A DNA stretch of 64,000 bases from an uncultured Pseudomonadota bacterium (GTDB taxonomy: Bacteria; Myxococcota_A; Polyangia; Fen-1088): positions 832,001-896,000 of the forward strand of contig CAWKBC010000027.1 of NCBI GenBank assembly GCA_963847705.1. Direction: 5' to 3'. This document shows positions 1 to 10,697 of the stretch, piece after piece. Within the stretch, counting starts at the first letter, position 1, and each line of letters begins with the position of its first letter. Made by a program: the position numbers and the translations under genes. The notes beneath the pieces are model-generated. The model was not told where the DNA came from. It ran no database searches and saw only the letters and a list, made by a program, of their open reading frames with translations.

Positions 1-376
1 CACTGATCGACGCCGAGCCCCCCAGGAGCGCCGCCAGACCGACCGCGTCCCCGCGGTGTTCGCCGTGAAAAAGGCGATCACCGGCCCGGAAGGGCGCGTC
101 GATGGCCAGATCCAGCTCTGCCAGGCCGAGGACATCGCGCCCGCCGGCATGACCATCAAGCGCCCCCGTGGCAGCGCCGTCCTGCCCCGGACCGAGGTGG
201 CCTTGTCGTTCGCGCTTCCCGGATCCGACGACGAGATCTCCGCCCGCGGCCTGGTGGTCAGCGACGCCAGCACCGGCAGCTTTCGGCGCACCGGCGTGCG
301 GTTCCTGGCGCTGGCGCCCCAGCACGCGCAGGCCATCGCCGGGTACTGCCGCCGGGGCAGCCGGCCGCCTCGCTAG
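1..376 (+). CDS. PilZ-domain protein (5' end uncertain, possibly truncated by window edge)
   Basis: 'EDIAPAGM...EVALSFALPG...ISARGLVV...GVRFLAL' follows the PilZ beta-barrel pattern; DxSxxG motif degenerate. Confidence 0.6.
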   Translation, partial: TDRRRAPQERRQTDRVPAVFAVKKAITGPEGRVDGQIQLCQAEDIAPAGMTIKRPRGSAVLPRTEVALSFALPGSDDEISARGLVVSDASTGSFRRTGVRFLALAPQHAQAIAGYCRRGSRPPR

Positions 377-395
377 CAACGCGCTCAGCAACGCG

Positions 396-1937
396 CTAGC
401 TGCCGAGCAGCGTCCGCCGACGGAGGGAGACGCGACGCACGGGCGCGTGACCCACCAACCGGGCGGCGCCCCAGCCCGAAATCAGCTCCCCCTCGAGGCC
501 CAGCCCGGGGAGGTTCTCCCGCCCGACCAGCAGCAGGTTCTTGACGCCCGTGGCGTGCGGGAGCCCGCTGACGTCGAACAGTCCCGCCGCGGCGCGGGAG
601 TAGAGCGGCGGCGGAACGACTGCCGCGGCGGCGGAGGTCTTGCTGGTCGTCTGAGCTGTCTTGCTGTCTGCGCCGGTGCCGTCGCCGCCCCGCTGGGCGC
701 CGAGGCCGTCATAGGGGGAGGCGACGACCAGGATGTTCTTGGTCAGCTCGGGCCAGAGCCGTTCCAGCGTCTGGAGCAGCCGTCCGCGGAGCGCCCGCAG
801 GTAGCTGGGCCCGGCGTCGACCAGGTGAGCCGGGACGGCGCATTCGATCCAGAGCGGGATCCGCTCCGGCTCGCGCGGCCCGGGCCGACCGACGGTGACG
901 GCGATGGCGTTGTCCTCGACGAGCGGCCGCGCCGGATCGGCGATCGCCAGCAGGCGCACCGGCGTGCCGGCCGGGACCCCTGCAGGGGCGACGATGAGAG
1001 AGAGGGCGTAGCGATAGCCACCCACCCGCAGGGCCGCCGGTCGTGCGCGGGCCGGCACCGGTGGCGCGGAGGGTCCCAGCGTCGCCCGCAGCGACGCCGA
1101 AGGCCCTGCCCAGAGGAGCCAGTGGCAGCCGATCTTCTCGTCGCGCGGGCTCACCTGCAAGCCGACGGCGCGGCCGCGGCGCATCACCACCCCCAGCGGC
1201 TCCAGCCGCCGGCGCCGCTCGCCGCCGAAGGTCTCGATCCGCTGCAGCAGCAGCTCCTGCAGCGCGGCGAGGCCGCCGTCGAGCACGTGCAGCCCGCGGC
1301 GCGCCAGCGCGAACGCGCGCGCCTCGGTGACCACGCCGACGTCGCTCGGTGCGAGGGCGGTGGTGAGCGCGGCCGGCGCGGCCGCCATCGCCCGGAACGG
1401 ATGGTCGGCCGCCAGCGGTCCCAGGGGATCGTGCCCGGCGCGCGGCAACAGCGACTCCAGCCGACCCAGCTCCCGGCGCTCCCAGAAGCCGGCCGGTGGA
1501 AGCGTCATCGCCGTCGCCAGGATCGGCTCCGCGATCCGACCGAGCGCGTCCAGCCGCTCGATCGCGGCGGTCACCGTCGGCGCCGTCGCGCCGAACGCCC
1601 GCCCGAGCTCCCTCTCGCCGGCGGCCGGATCGGCCCCCAGGTCGAGCCTCTGTTTTCCCACCGACAGCCGCACGAAGGGTGTGGCCAGCGCCCGCCGCTT
1701 GACCACCGCCACGCAGTCCAGCTCCTTGAAGACGCGCGCCGCCTGCGGATCGTCGAGCGGCGGGAGCAGCGCCGGCGCACGCGAGAGCGAGGTGCCGCCC
1801 GCATCGAACGCCGCCTGCTCCGGCTCATCGGCCACCACCAGCACCCGGAATCCGCGCCGCGCCAGCAGCGCCGCCGCGACCAGGCCCGACGTTTCGCCCC
1901 CACAGACGACCACGTCGTAGAAGTTCGTGTCGACCAT
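396..1937 (-). CDS. FAD-dependent oxidoreductase, phytoene dehydrogenase-like
   Basis: N-terminal 'YDVVVCGGETSGLVAAALLARRGFRVLVV' dinucleotide-binding motif; C-terminal 'TGVKNLLLVG...PGLGLEG'. Confidence 0.7.
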   Translation of the reverse strand: MVDTNFYDVVVCGGETSGLVAAALLARRGFRVLVVADEPEQAAFDAGGTSLSRAPALLPPLDDPQAARVFKELDCVAVVKRRALATPFVRLSVGKQRLDLGADPAAGERELGRAFGATAPTVTAAIERLDALGRIAEPILATAMTLPPAGFWERRELGRLESLLPRAGHDPLGPLAADHPFRAMAAAPAALTTALAPSDVGVVTEARAFALARRGLHVLDGGLAALQELLLQRIETFGGERRRRLEPLGVVMRRGRAVGLQVSPRDEKIGCHWLLWAGPSASLRATLGPSAPPVPARARPAALRVGGYRYALSLIVAPAGVPAGTPVRLLAIADPARPLVEDNAIAVTVGRPGPREPERIPLWIECAVPAHLVDAGPSYLRALRGRLLQTLERLWPELTKNILVVASPYDGLGAQRGGDGTGADSKTAQTTSKTSAAAAVVPPPLYSRAAAGLFDVSGLPHATGVKNLLLVGRENLPGLGLEGELISGWGAARLVGHAPVRRVSLRRRTLLGS

Positions 1938-1948
1938 GCGGGGTGGTT

Positions 1949-2587
1949 TTACAGGCTGCGCAACGGCGCATTCCCGGGCGCCGCGCCGAGGACCCGCACG
2001 CGCCGCCCCTCGACCACCACCCGCCGCTCGGCGATGGCCCGCACCACCGCGGGGAGCAGGCGGTGCTCTTCGGCCAGGATGCGGGCCCGCAGCGCCTCGT
2101 CGTCGTCATCGTCCTGAAGCTGGACGGCGGCCTGAGCGATGATGGGGCCGGTGTCGACGCCCCGGTCGACGAAGTGAACGGTGCAGCCGGCGATCTTGAC
2201 CGCGGCGTCGTAGGCCTGCCTCACCCCGTGCACGCCGGGGAACGCCGGCAGGAGAGCGGGGTGGATGTTGATGACGCGGCCCGGGAAGGCGTCGAGCAGC
2301 TCGCCCGAGAGCACCCGCATGAACCCGGCCAGCACGACCAGATCGACCTGGTGCGCCCGCAGCGCCTCGACCAGCGCGCGATCGAAAGCGGCTCTGTCGC
2401 TGTGGTCCCGGTGATCGACGAGGAAGGTCGGCAGCCCGGCCAGACGGGCCCGCGACAGCGCCTGACAGTCCGGGACGTTGCAGCCGACCACGGTCAGCCG
2501 CGCCGGGCCGAGCTCGTTGCGCGTGCTCCGGTCGATGAGCGCCTGCAGATTGGTCCCGCTGCCGGAGACCAGCACGCCGACGTTCAT
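1949..2587 (-). CDS. purN: Phosphoribosylglycinamide formyltransferase
   Basis: '[11 protein letters not shown]', 'LAGFMRVL', '[13 protein letters not shown]', 'GVDTGPII'. Confidence 0.97.
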   Translation of the reverse strand: MNVGVLVSGSGTNLQALIDRSTRNELGPARLTVVGCNVPDCQALSRARLAGLPTFLVDHRDHSDRAAFDRALVEALRAHQVDLVVLAGFMRVLSGELLDAFPGRVINIHPALLPAFPGVHGVRQAYDAAVKIAGCTVHFVDRGVDTGPIIAQAAVQLQDDDDDEALRARILAEEHRLLPAVVRAIAERRVVVEGRRVRVLGAAPGNAPLRSL

Positions 2588-3636
2588 TGCGTGAGGAACT
2601 CCACCGGCGCGTCCGGTGCGTCGGCCGCCGCCACCTGGCCGACGGAGAAGACCTGCTCGCCCGAGCGTTCGAGCAGCGTGATGGCATCGGCCTCGCGCTC
2701 GGCGGGGACGCAGACCAGCATGCCGAGGCCCATGTTGAAGGTGCGGCGCATCTCCTCGGGCGCCACGCCACCCCCCTGCGCGAGCAGCTGAAAGAGCGGC
2801 GGGATGGGCCAGCTGCCGAGGCGGAGTTGCAGCTTGAGCCGCGCGCCGTCGGGGATCATGCGCGTGGGGTTGTCGACCAGGCCACCGCCGGTGATGTGGG
2901 CGGCGCCGCGCAGGAGGTCGGCGTCGGCCAGCGCGCGCATCGACCGGACGTAGATGCGGGTGGGGCGCAAGAGCGCCTGCCCGAGCGGCTCGTTGAGGCC
3001 CGGTGTCTGGGCGCCCAGGTCGAGACGCATTTCTTCGAGGAACACCCTGCGAACCAGCGAGTAGCCGTTGGAGTGAAAGCCCGAAGAGGCGAGGCCGAGC
3101 AGCTTGTCGCCCGGGCGGATGGCCGTCCCGTCGACGCGGCGGCTCTTCTCCACCACGCCGACGCAGAAGCCGGCCAGGTCGTATTCGCCTGCCGCGTAGA
3201 AGCCCGGCATCTCGGCCGTCTCACCGCCCAGGAGCGCGCAGCCGGCGGCCTGACAGCCGTCGGCGATGCCGCCGATCACCTGCTCGGCGACGCCGACCTC
3301 CAGCTTCCCGGAGGCGAAGTAGTCGAGGAAGAACAGCGGCTCGCCCCCGCAGACGACCAGGTCGTTGACGTTCATGGCCACCAGATCGATGCCCACCGTG
3401 TCGTGACGCCCGGTGAGAAAGGCCAGCTTCAGCTTGGTCCCCACGCCGTCCGTACAGGAGACCAGCAGCGGTTCCTTGTACCGGCCGGGGATGGCGCAGA
3501 GACCGGCGAATCCGCCCAGCCCTCCCATCACCTCGGGACGGTGGGTGCGACGGACGTGCCCCTTGATGCGCTCGACCAGCAGGTCGCCGGCGTCGATGTC
3601 GACGCCCGCGTCCCGATAGCTGAGGCGGGTGGTCAC
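2584..3636 (-). CDS. purM: AIR synthetase
   Basis: '[11 protein letters not shown]', 'TDGVGTK', 'GGETAEMPG', '[11 protein letters not shown]', 'RTFNMGLG'. Confidence 0.98.
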   Translation of the reverse strand: MTTRLSYRDAGVDIDAGDLLVERIKGHVRRTHRPEVMGGLGGFAGLCAIPGRYKEPLLVSCTDGVGTKLKLAFLTGRHDTVGIDLVAMNVNDLVVCGGEPLFFLDYFASGKLEVGVAEQVIGGIADGCQAAGCALLGGETAEMPGFYAAGEYDLAGFCVGVVEKSRRVDGTAIRPGDKLLGLASSGFHSNGYSLVRRVFLEEMRLDLGAQTPGLNEPLGQALLRPTRIYVRSMRALADADLLRGAAHITGGGLVDNPTRMIPDGARLKLQLRLGSWPIPPLFQLLAQGGGVAPEEMRRTFNMGLGMLVCVPAEREADAITLLERSGEQVFSVGQVAAADAPDAPVEFLTQ

Positions 3637-3998
3637 GCCGACTCGCCGTCCGCGGACGCCACAGCGCGGCGGGACGGTCCGGCGTTGCTGATGGGGAGCG
3701 AGCCGAAGCGCTCCACGAAGCCCTTCAGCAGGCGGTCGAGCTCATCCTGCGGTTGCGGCGCCTCGGCGAAGCGGATCCAGCGCGCGCCCGCGCTGACCGC
3801 CCGCTCGATTTGACGCGCGCCGCGCCCGGCCACGAAGCGCCGCAGCGTCTCGTCGGGATCGGAGCAGGCATAGAGAACCATCGCGCTCCGGCCCGAGCGG
3901 TAGTCCATCGCGCCCTCGGCGCGGGTCTGCAAGACGCCGGCAACTTCCGGGGCCGCGGTTCTTGCATCAGAGATCTTGTGCCAGGCTCCAAAATGCAC
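3633..3998 (-). CDS. Hypothetical protein (121 aa), possibly a degenerate GIY-YIG-like fold
   Basis: GTG at 3998 lies 6 nt after TATGCT; stop overlaps the purM start; 'APEVAGVLQ...[13 protein letters not shown]...FVERFGSLP'. Confidence 0.6.
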   Translation of the reverse strand: MHFGAWHKISDARTAAPEVAGVLQTRAEGAMDYRSGRSAMVLYACSDPDETLRRFVAGRGARQIERAVSAGARWIRFAEAPQPQDELDRLLKGFVERFGSLPISNAGPSRRAVASADGESA

Positions 3999-4055
3999 GC
4001 GCGCAGCATAACAAACCACGCGCGGTTCGCTCAGTGTATTCTCCGGTTTCGCACG

Positions 4056-4916
4056 ATGGCCTGGTACAAACGCGAGAACAGCGACGACGATCTTTCGGAA
4101 GAAAAACGGAGCGTCCCGGCCGGGGTGTTCACCAAGTGCCCCGCGTGCCGGGCCGCCCTGCTCACGGCTGACCTGGAGAAGAACGACAACGTCTGCCCGC
4201 AGTGCGAGCACCACTTCCCGCTCTCCTCGGCGCGCCGGATCGAGCTGGTGCTGGACCCCGGCAGCTTCGTCGAGGCGGACGGGTCGATCGAGAGCGTCGA
4301 CCCGCTCAGCTTCCGTGATTCGAAGAAGTACAGCGACCGGCTGAGGGCGGCCCGCCGGACCGCCGGCAGCGCCGACTCCCTGCGCTCCGGCTCGGGCCGG
4401 ATCGAGGAGATCCCGGTCGAGCTCGGCGTCTTCGTGTTCGAGTTCATGGGCGGGTCGATGGGCTCCGTCGCGGGTGAGAAGATCACCCGGGTGTTCGAGC
4501 GGGCGCTCGAGCGGAAGGTGCCGGCGCTGATCTTCTCGGCCTCGGGCGGCGCGCGCATGCAGGAGGGGGTTCTCTCGCTGATGCAGATGGCCAAGACGTC
4601 GGCGGCGCTCGGGCGCCTGCGCGAGGCCGGGCTGCCTTACCTCTCGATCTTGCTGCACCCGACCACCGGCGGCGTGGCCGCCAGCTTCGCCATGCTGGGC
4701 GACGTGATCATCGCCGAACCCAAGGCGCAGATCGGGTTCGCCGGCGCGCGGGTCATCCAGAACACCATCCGCCAGCGGCTGCCGGCCGGCTTCCAGCGTG
4801 CCGAGTTCCTGCTCGAGCACGGGTTCCTCGACGCCATCGTGCCGCGGAAGGAGATGCGCGCCACCCTGGCGCGGCTCCTCCGCCACCTCGGCACGCGCGC
4901 CCCCGCGCAGGCGTAG
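4056..4916 (+). CDS. accD: Acetyl-CoA carboxylase carboxyltransferase beta subunit
   Basis: Cx2C-x15-Cx2C zinc finger, 'FMGGSMG', 'SGGARMQEG', 'PTTGGVAASFA', 'FQRAEFLLEHG'. Confidence 0.97.
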   Translation: MAWYKRENSDDDLSEEKRSVPAGVFTKCPACRAALLTADLEKNDNVCPQCEHHFPLSSARRIELVLDPGSFVEADGSIESVDPLSFRDSKKYSDRLRAARRTAGSADSLRSGSGRIEEIPVELGVFVFEFMGGSMGSVAGEKITRVFERALERKVPALIFSASGGARMQEGVLSLMQMAKTSAALGRLREAGLPYLSILLHPTTGGVAASFAMLGDVIIAEPKAQIGFAGARVIQNTIRQRLPAGFQRAEFLLEHGFLDAIVPRKEMRATLARLLRHLGTRAPAQA

Positions 4917-4926
4917 GCCGGCCCCC

Positions 4927-6219
4927 ATGGCGCCGTCGTCCGCGCGCTACGTCGATCTGCTGGCCCGGCTGGCGGGCGCGGCGAAGAGCCTGGGTGTCGA
5001 CATGGGACTCGGCCGCGTTCGCACCGCGCTGGAGCGGCTCGGCGATCCGCAGAAGCGGTTCGCGGCCGTCCAGATCGCCGGGACCAACGGCAAGGGCTCG
5101 ACCGCGGCGATGACCGAGGCCATCCTCCGTCGGGCTGGCCTCCGCACCGGCCTTTACACCTCGCCCCACCTGGCGCGGTTCACCGAGCGCATCCGGGTCG
5201 CCGGGCGTGAGGTCGACGGCGAACGGCTGGCGGCGCTCGACGCGCGGGTCGTGGCGACCGGCGTTCCGCTGACCTACTTCGAGATCGCCACCGTGCTCGG
5301 CTTTCTCGTCTTCGCCGAGGACGCCGTCGACGCCGCGGTCCTGGAGACCGGCCTGGGCGGCCGGCTCGACGCGGTGACGACCGCCGAGCCGCTGGCCACC
5401 GCCATCACCTCGATCGGCATCGACCACACCGCCTACCTCGGCACCACGCTGGCCGAGATCGCGCGCGAGAAGGCGGGCATCCTCAAGCCCAACGTCCCCT
5501 GTTTCCTGGGGCGTCTCCCGGAGGAGGCCCACCGCGAGATCGCCCGCCGCGCCGCGGAGGTCGGGGCGCCGCTGCGCCACCTCGGGTCGGACTTCTCGCC
5601 GCCCCTGGGACCGCTCGGTCTCGGCGGGCCTCACCAGCGGGACAACGCCGCGGTCGCGCTGGCCCTCGCGCGCGCCGTCTCGGGACAGCTGGGCCGACCG
5701 CTCGACGACGCCACGGTGAGGGAGGCGCTGGCAGGCACGGCCTGGCCCGGACGCCTCGAGCGGGTGGGGAAGGACCTGCTGCTCGACTGCGCGCACAACG
5801 CCGAAGGGGCCCGCGCGCTCGCGGCCGCGTTGCCGGAGATCGCCGCCGGACGGCGGATCGTCTTCCTGATGTCCGTCGCCGAGGACAAGGACGTCCGTGG
5901 CATCCTGGCGGCGCTGGGGCCGCTGGGTTACGCGCTGGTGGCCACCCGGGCCGACAGCCCGCGCGCGCTGCCGGCCGCGGCGCTCGCCACGGAGGCGGCG
6001 CGGTTCTTTCCCAGACGGACCGCCGTCGCCGCTCCGACGGCCGCGCTCGCCGAGGCGCGCCGGCGCGCCGCCGGTGGGCTGGTCGTCGTGTGCGGCTCGA
6101 TGTTTCTGGTCGGTCCGCTGCGGGCAGCGCTCCTGGGCGACGCGGTCGATCCGCAGCGGACCTCGGATCCGCTCGCGCCGGCCTCGCCAGGACCGCCGAC
6201 CTCTGTCCGTCGGGCCTGA
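4927..6219 (+). CDS. folC: Folylpolyglutamate/dihydrofolate synthase
   Basis: 'AGTNGKGST', 'YTSPHL', 'ETGLGGRLD', 'EKAGI', 'DCAHN'; canonical accD-folC linkage. Confidence 0.95.
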   Translation: MAPSSARYVDLLARLAGAAKSLGVDMGLGRVRTALERLGDPQKRFAAVQIAGTNGKGSTAAMTEAILRRAGLRTGLYTSPHLARFTERIRVAGREVDGERLAALDARVVATGVPLTYFEIATVLGFLVFAEDAVDAAVLETGLGGRLDAVTTAEPLATAITSIGIDHTAYLGTTLAEIAREKAGILKPNVPCFLGRLPEEAHREIARRAAEVGAPLRHLGSDFSPPLGPLGLGGPHQRDNAAVALALARAVSGQLGRPLDDATVREALAGTAWPGRLERVGKDLLLDCAHNAEGARALAAALPEIAAGRRIVFLMSVAEDKDVRGILAALGPLGYALVATRADSPRALPAAALATEAARFFPRRTAVAAPTAALAEARRRAAGGLVVVCGSMFLVGPLRAALLGDAVDPQRTSDPLAPASPGPPTSVRRA

Positions 6220-6233
6220 GCGCTGGCCGCCGG

Positions 6234-9200
6234 CTACCAGCCGGCGACGTGGAGGCCGCGGGGGACGGCCTTGCGGCGCGGCGGAACGGGCTGGACGGCG
6301 TAGGCGGTCTTGGCGGCGGCCACCGGCTCGGTCTCGATGGTGAAGTAGAAGAGGCGCAGGAAGTTGTGGCGGCCCACCCGCTCGTGGCCGAAGAGGCCGC
6401 CCAGGACCTCCCACATGAAATCGCCCGGCCGTTTGACGCCCGAGTCGTAGAAGGGGAAGACGTAACGGCGGTAGGTGCCGTCGGGGCGGCCGTCGGCCAT
6501 CAGTCCTTCGCTGTGATAGTAGTTCGGGAAGACCCAGGTCCCGACGTGGTTGGCGCTCTGGCGGCGGACGAAGAAGGGGAAGACCACGGTCGTCCGATCG
6601 GGGCCGCGCTTGAAGTCCCAGAGCAGCGGGAAGCCGACCATGCTGACGTCGGTCGGCGTGCTGTGCCGGTAGAAGAGCAGCGGCAGGATGACGGTGGTGG
6701 TGTCGTGGGTGACCTCGTCCGCGAAGCGCCCGAAGATCGGCAGCAGCATCGTGGTGCGCCCGAGGTGGTACTCGTGCAGGTCGTAATAGAGCGGCACCCC
6801 GACGTACGCCGAGGTGGCGATGTCCCGGTAGTGCCAGAAGAGCACCAGCGTGCTCGAGAGCCCGCTCTCCGGGTTCCCGCGCGAGACATGCAAGAGCGGC
6901 GGGATGACGGTGGTCGTGGTCTCGGTCGCCTTGTTGGTATGGCTGAAGACCAGCGGCGCCAGCATCGAGAACGAGCTCTTCGGGCTGTCGGTGTGGAGGA
7001 TGGGACCCGCGTACCAGAAGTGCGACGGGCCGCGCCGGTGATAGCCGGCGAGCAAGGTGTAGAACGAGAGGTGATCCTTCCCGCTCCCCTCGTAGAAGAG
7101 GGGCAGGAGCGCCTGCGAAGCGTCGCCGTTGGCGTCGTTGCGCGAGTACCAGGCCAGAGGCAAGAGGCCGCGTGTCCGCTCGGACTGGTGGTGCGACCAG
7201 TAGAAGGGACCGGCCAGGGTCGAGGAGCTGTCGGCGGCCGTGCTGGCGAAGTGCCAGAAGATCGGAAAGACGATGTCGCTGCGCCGGTCCTTGTTGACGT
7301 CCGACCAGTAGATCGGGAAGAGCGCGTTGACCGTCCCGGCCGGATCGCGGTCGTGGAAGAAGAGCAGGCAGGAGAACCAGTCCCGGGTCCCGTCGGCGCT
7401 CTTGCGCTGGAAGAGCAGAAGCGGCGGCACGATGGTCATCGTGCGCACGCTGTTCTCGGCGTAGGCAAACAGCGGGAACAGGCCGACCAGGTGGGCGTCG
7501 GGGGTGGAGCGTTCGAAGTAGGGGCCGACCACGGTCGTCTGCCGCCCGCCGAACGAGGAGTGCCAGAAGATCGGCAGCAGCGTGTCGACCCCGTCGCCGT
7601 TGGCGCGCCGCATGCGGAAGTAAGAGGGGACGATCCAGGTGTCGCTCTCCTTCGCGTCGGCGTAGTGACCGAAGAGCGGGATGATCCCCTGGCTCTTGTA
7701 ACCGGGACCCTCCACGCGGAACCAGGGGCCGACCTGCGTCAGGTGCTGGCCGTCGCTGCGGCGCAGGACGTCCGCGTAGAGAAGCGGAACGACCCCCGCG
7801 TCGAAGTTGCTGTTCTTGAACCAGACGTAGGGGCCGACGAAGCCGCCGCTGCCGTTCGGCGTGTGCACCGAGGCGCCGAGCAAGCTGGCGAAGAGGTGCG
7901 TCTGTGCGTCGCGGTGATAGTAGAAGAGCGGGAAGACGGTCAGGCTCTTGGCGTCGCTTCCACCCGGTCGCGCGCCGCGCCGGTAGTAGAGGAGCGGAAA
8001 GAGGCCATCGGTCGTCTCGCCGCCCCAACGCTGGTGCCAGTAGGGGCCGACGACGGTCGTCGACTTGTCGGCCGCCCGGTCGGCGAAGTGAAAGAAGAGC
8101 GGCAGCAGCGCGAAGTGCGAGCGGTCGTGGCCGATGCGCCAGTAGAGGAGCGGGATGATGGGGCCGATGGCCACGCTGGTCCCGTCGCGGTCGCGCTCGA
8201 CGAACCCCAGCGGCGTGACGGTGGCGCTCTGCCCCTGGCGCTCACTGGCGGTGTGAAAGAAGAGCGGGAACTGCACGGCGTAGCTCTCGCCGTCGTGATG
8301 GCCGTAGAAGAAGAGCGGCGTCACCGCGCCGTCGGCGCCGTGCGGATCCCGGTGTGCGTAGTAGAGCGGGAACAGAACCGTCGTCGATGACCGCTCGCTG
8401 GCGAAGTGCCAGTAGAGCGGAAAGACCACGCCGTGACCGCGGCCGGCATTCTCGCCGAAGTAGGCGATCGGAAACAGGCCGCCGCTCCAGCCGCCGTTGG
8501 TGAAGTGACGCCAGTAGGCCGGGCCGACGATGGTGGTGGTGTCGCGCGGACCGGAGCGATGCGCGAAGAAGGGAAAGAGCGCCGTCGCGGTGGAGCCGGT
8601 CGCCGCGTCCCAGAAGTGCCAGAAGAGTGGGAAGAGGGAGGTGGTCGATCCCTGGGGATCGGTCCGCCGGTAGAACAGCAGGGCGACGAGCCGGCCCATC
8701 GCATCGGCGGTGCGATCTTCGTGGCTCAGGTAGAGCGGGGTGAGCATCATTCGCTCGCCGCCCCGATCGCGGTGGGCGAAGGAGAGAAGCGGGACCGCCA
8801 CCCAGGTGCGGGTCCCGTCGCGGTCGTCACGGCTGTAGCCGCCCAGCGGCGTCACCAGGTTGGTGGCCAGGCCGTGCTCCGCGCGATCCCAGTAGAAGAA
8901 GGGGACCAGCAGGCGGTGGGCGCGGCCGGTCTTGTCGTCGCCGCCGGTCCACCAGAACGGTGGGAACGCGTTGAAGTACCAGCCACCCTCGCGGATGTGG
9001 ACGTACGGAACGGCCACCGTCGTGTTCGAGGTCGGGCCGCGAAAGCTCCAGACCAGCGGGAAGACGATCGTGGTGCCGTCGTCCTTCCCTTCGAAGTCCC
9101 ACACCAGCGGGAAGAGGACGTGGTAGCTCGAGTGCGCCGTCTCATCGCCGCCCCACCAGTAGAGCCAGGCCACCGAGCGGCTGTACTCGGGCCCGTCACG

Positions 9201-10075
9201 ATGGCTGTACCCGAGCCAGGTCAAGAGGCGGTAGCCGGTCTTGTGGCCGTTGTAATAGAAGAACGGGAGGGCCAGCAGGTTGGCGTCGTCGTCGTGCCGC
9301 CAGTAGAAGCTCAGCGGCAGCGCGAAGGTGAAGGCGTGGCTGGCCGTGCGGGTGGAGAAGAAGATCGGGAACCCGAGAATCGCTCGAATCGGGTGGGCGA
9401 GCGCCACCACCAGTAGAGGTAAGCAGCCGCCCCGAAGGAGCTCGAGGTCTCGGGGTTCTTGAAGCGGAGCGTGCCGAGGATGGGCGCCGCCCAGCTTCCG
9501 GTGCCCGACGCATAGAAGAGCGGAATCACCCCGAAGGAGTGCGTGTCGCCCTGGTGCCCGCTGACGATGGGGCCGTACCAGGTGATGAGGCTTCGCTTCG
9601 CGCGGTCCTCGAACCGCCAGTAGAACGGCGCGAAGATCAGGGTGTCGCTGGTCGGGCTCCAGTAGTGCCAGTAGAGCGGCGCCACGACGCGGTAGCCGGT
9701 GGTCCCTTTTTGCGACCAGTAGAGGCCGAGGAACTCGCTGAACCCGCCGTCGCGGTAGTAGAGGTAGGCGACGTTGGTCCGCAGCTGGATGGGCGTGCAG
9801 ACGTTGGACTGACAGATGTTGTCGCCCGTGCAGTCCTCGTCGCGCCGGCAGCTCTGCGGGGCCGGCGTGCTGGCGGTTGGAGCGGGCGCGGCTGCCGCTG
9901 GCGCGGCCGGAGCATCTGCAGCCACCTTGCGGAAGGGATCGAGGCGCAGCGGCCTTCCGGAGGCGTGGCTTCCGGCCGCGTGGCCGAACGGATCCGGCGC
10001 CCCCGCGCGCGCCCTTCCGGCAACGCAAACGAGGACGACCAGTGAGGCGACGAGGACGAGAGGGCGGCGGTTCAC
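6234..10075 (-). CDS. Large exported aromatic/Pro-repeat protein (~1280 aa); apparent frameshift at ~9377-9390
   Basis: Signal peptide 'VNRRPLVLVASLVVLVCVAGRARA', Pro/Ala linker, 4-Cys motif, then repeats such as 'VLFPLVW', 'GLFPLLY'; the repeat pattern continues across the frame change. Confidence 0.8.
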
Positions 10076-10091
10076 GAAATCGGGGCGGTCC

Positions 10092-10667
10092 CTACTGCGG
10101 GGGGAGCATCTTCCATTCGCCGTTCTCGCGAACAAAGGCGACCTCGCCGGTGTCGCTCTCGTCGCCCTTCTGGCGAAGGACCTTCAAGGTGGCGGTCTCC
10201 CCCTTGATCTTCGATTCCTTGATCTGGAACTTCGTTCCTTCGAACTCTTTCTGCATCTTCTTGATGCCTTCCTGCGCCTGACCGAGGCCCATCTGCGTGG
10301 CCAGCATCCCCTGGTACATGAGCGCGTAGCAGTCGATGGCCTTCTCGCCCGCGCCGTCGACCAGCGCCTTGCGCCAGCGCTCGAACGTCTTCTCCGGCGT
10401 CGAGAACTCCGGACGCGGCGGCGCCAGCTGGAAGGAGATCGAGCGGATCTTCTCCCTGGGCAGCTTCATCGGCTGACCGTTGGTCTCGACGGTGTAGACG
10501 CCGTCGTAGTAATGGATGATCTTGGCGTTCAGCTTGGTCTTGTCGACCAGCTCGATGGTCTCCGCGCGCGCGAAGGCCGCCCCGAGGCTGGTCGTCAACA
10601 GAGCGGCCGTCAACAGAACGGCCTTTGCGGTGGCCGTCACCACCGAGAATCGTTTGTCGTAAGTCAT
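10092..10667 (-). CDS. Exported hypothetical protein; C-terminal NTF2/DUF4878-like domain
   Basis: Signal peptide ending 'AFARA'; 'STPEKTFERWRKAL...A(T)LKV...FVRENGEWK'. Confidence 0.7.
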   Translation of the reverse strand: MTYDKRFSVVTATAKAVLLTAALLTTSLGAAFARAETIELVDKTKLNAKIIHYYDGVYTVETNGQPMKLPREKIRSISFQLAPPRPEFSTPEKTFERWRKALVDGAGEKAIDCYALMYQGMLATQMGLGQAQEGIKKMQKEFEGTKFQIKESKIKGETATLKVLRQKGDESDTGEVAFVRENGEWKMLPPQ

Positions 10668-10697
10668 GGTCGTCCCCGGCAATTCGACCGCGCGGGC

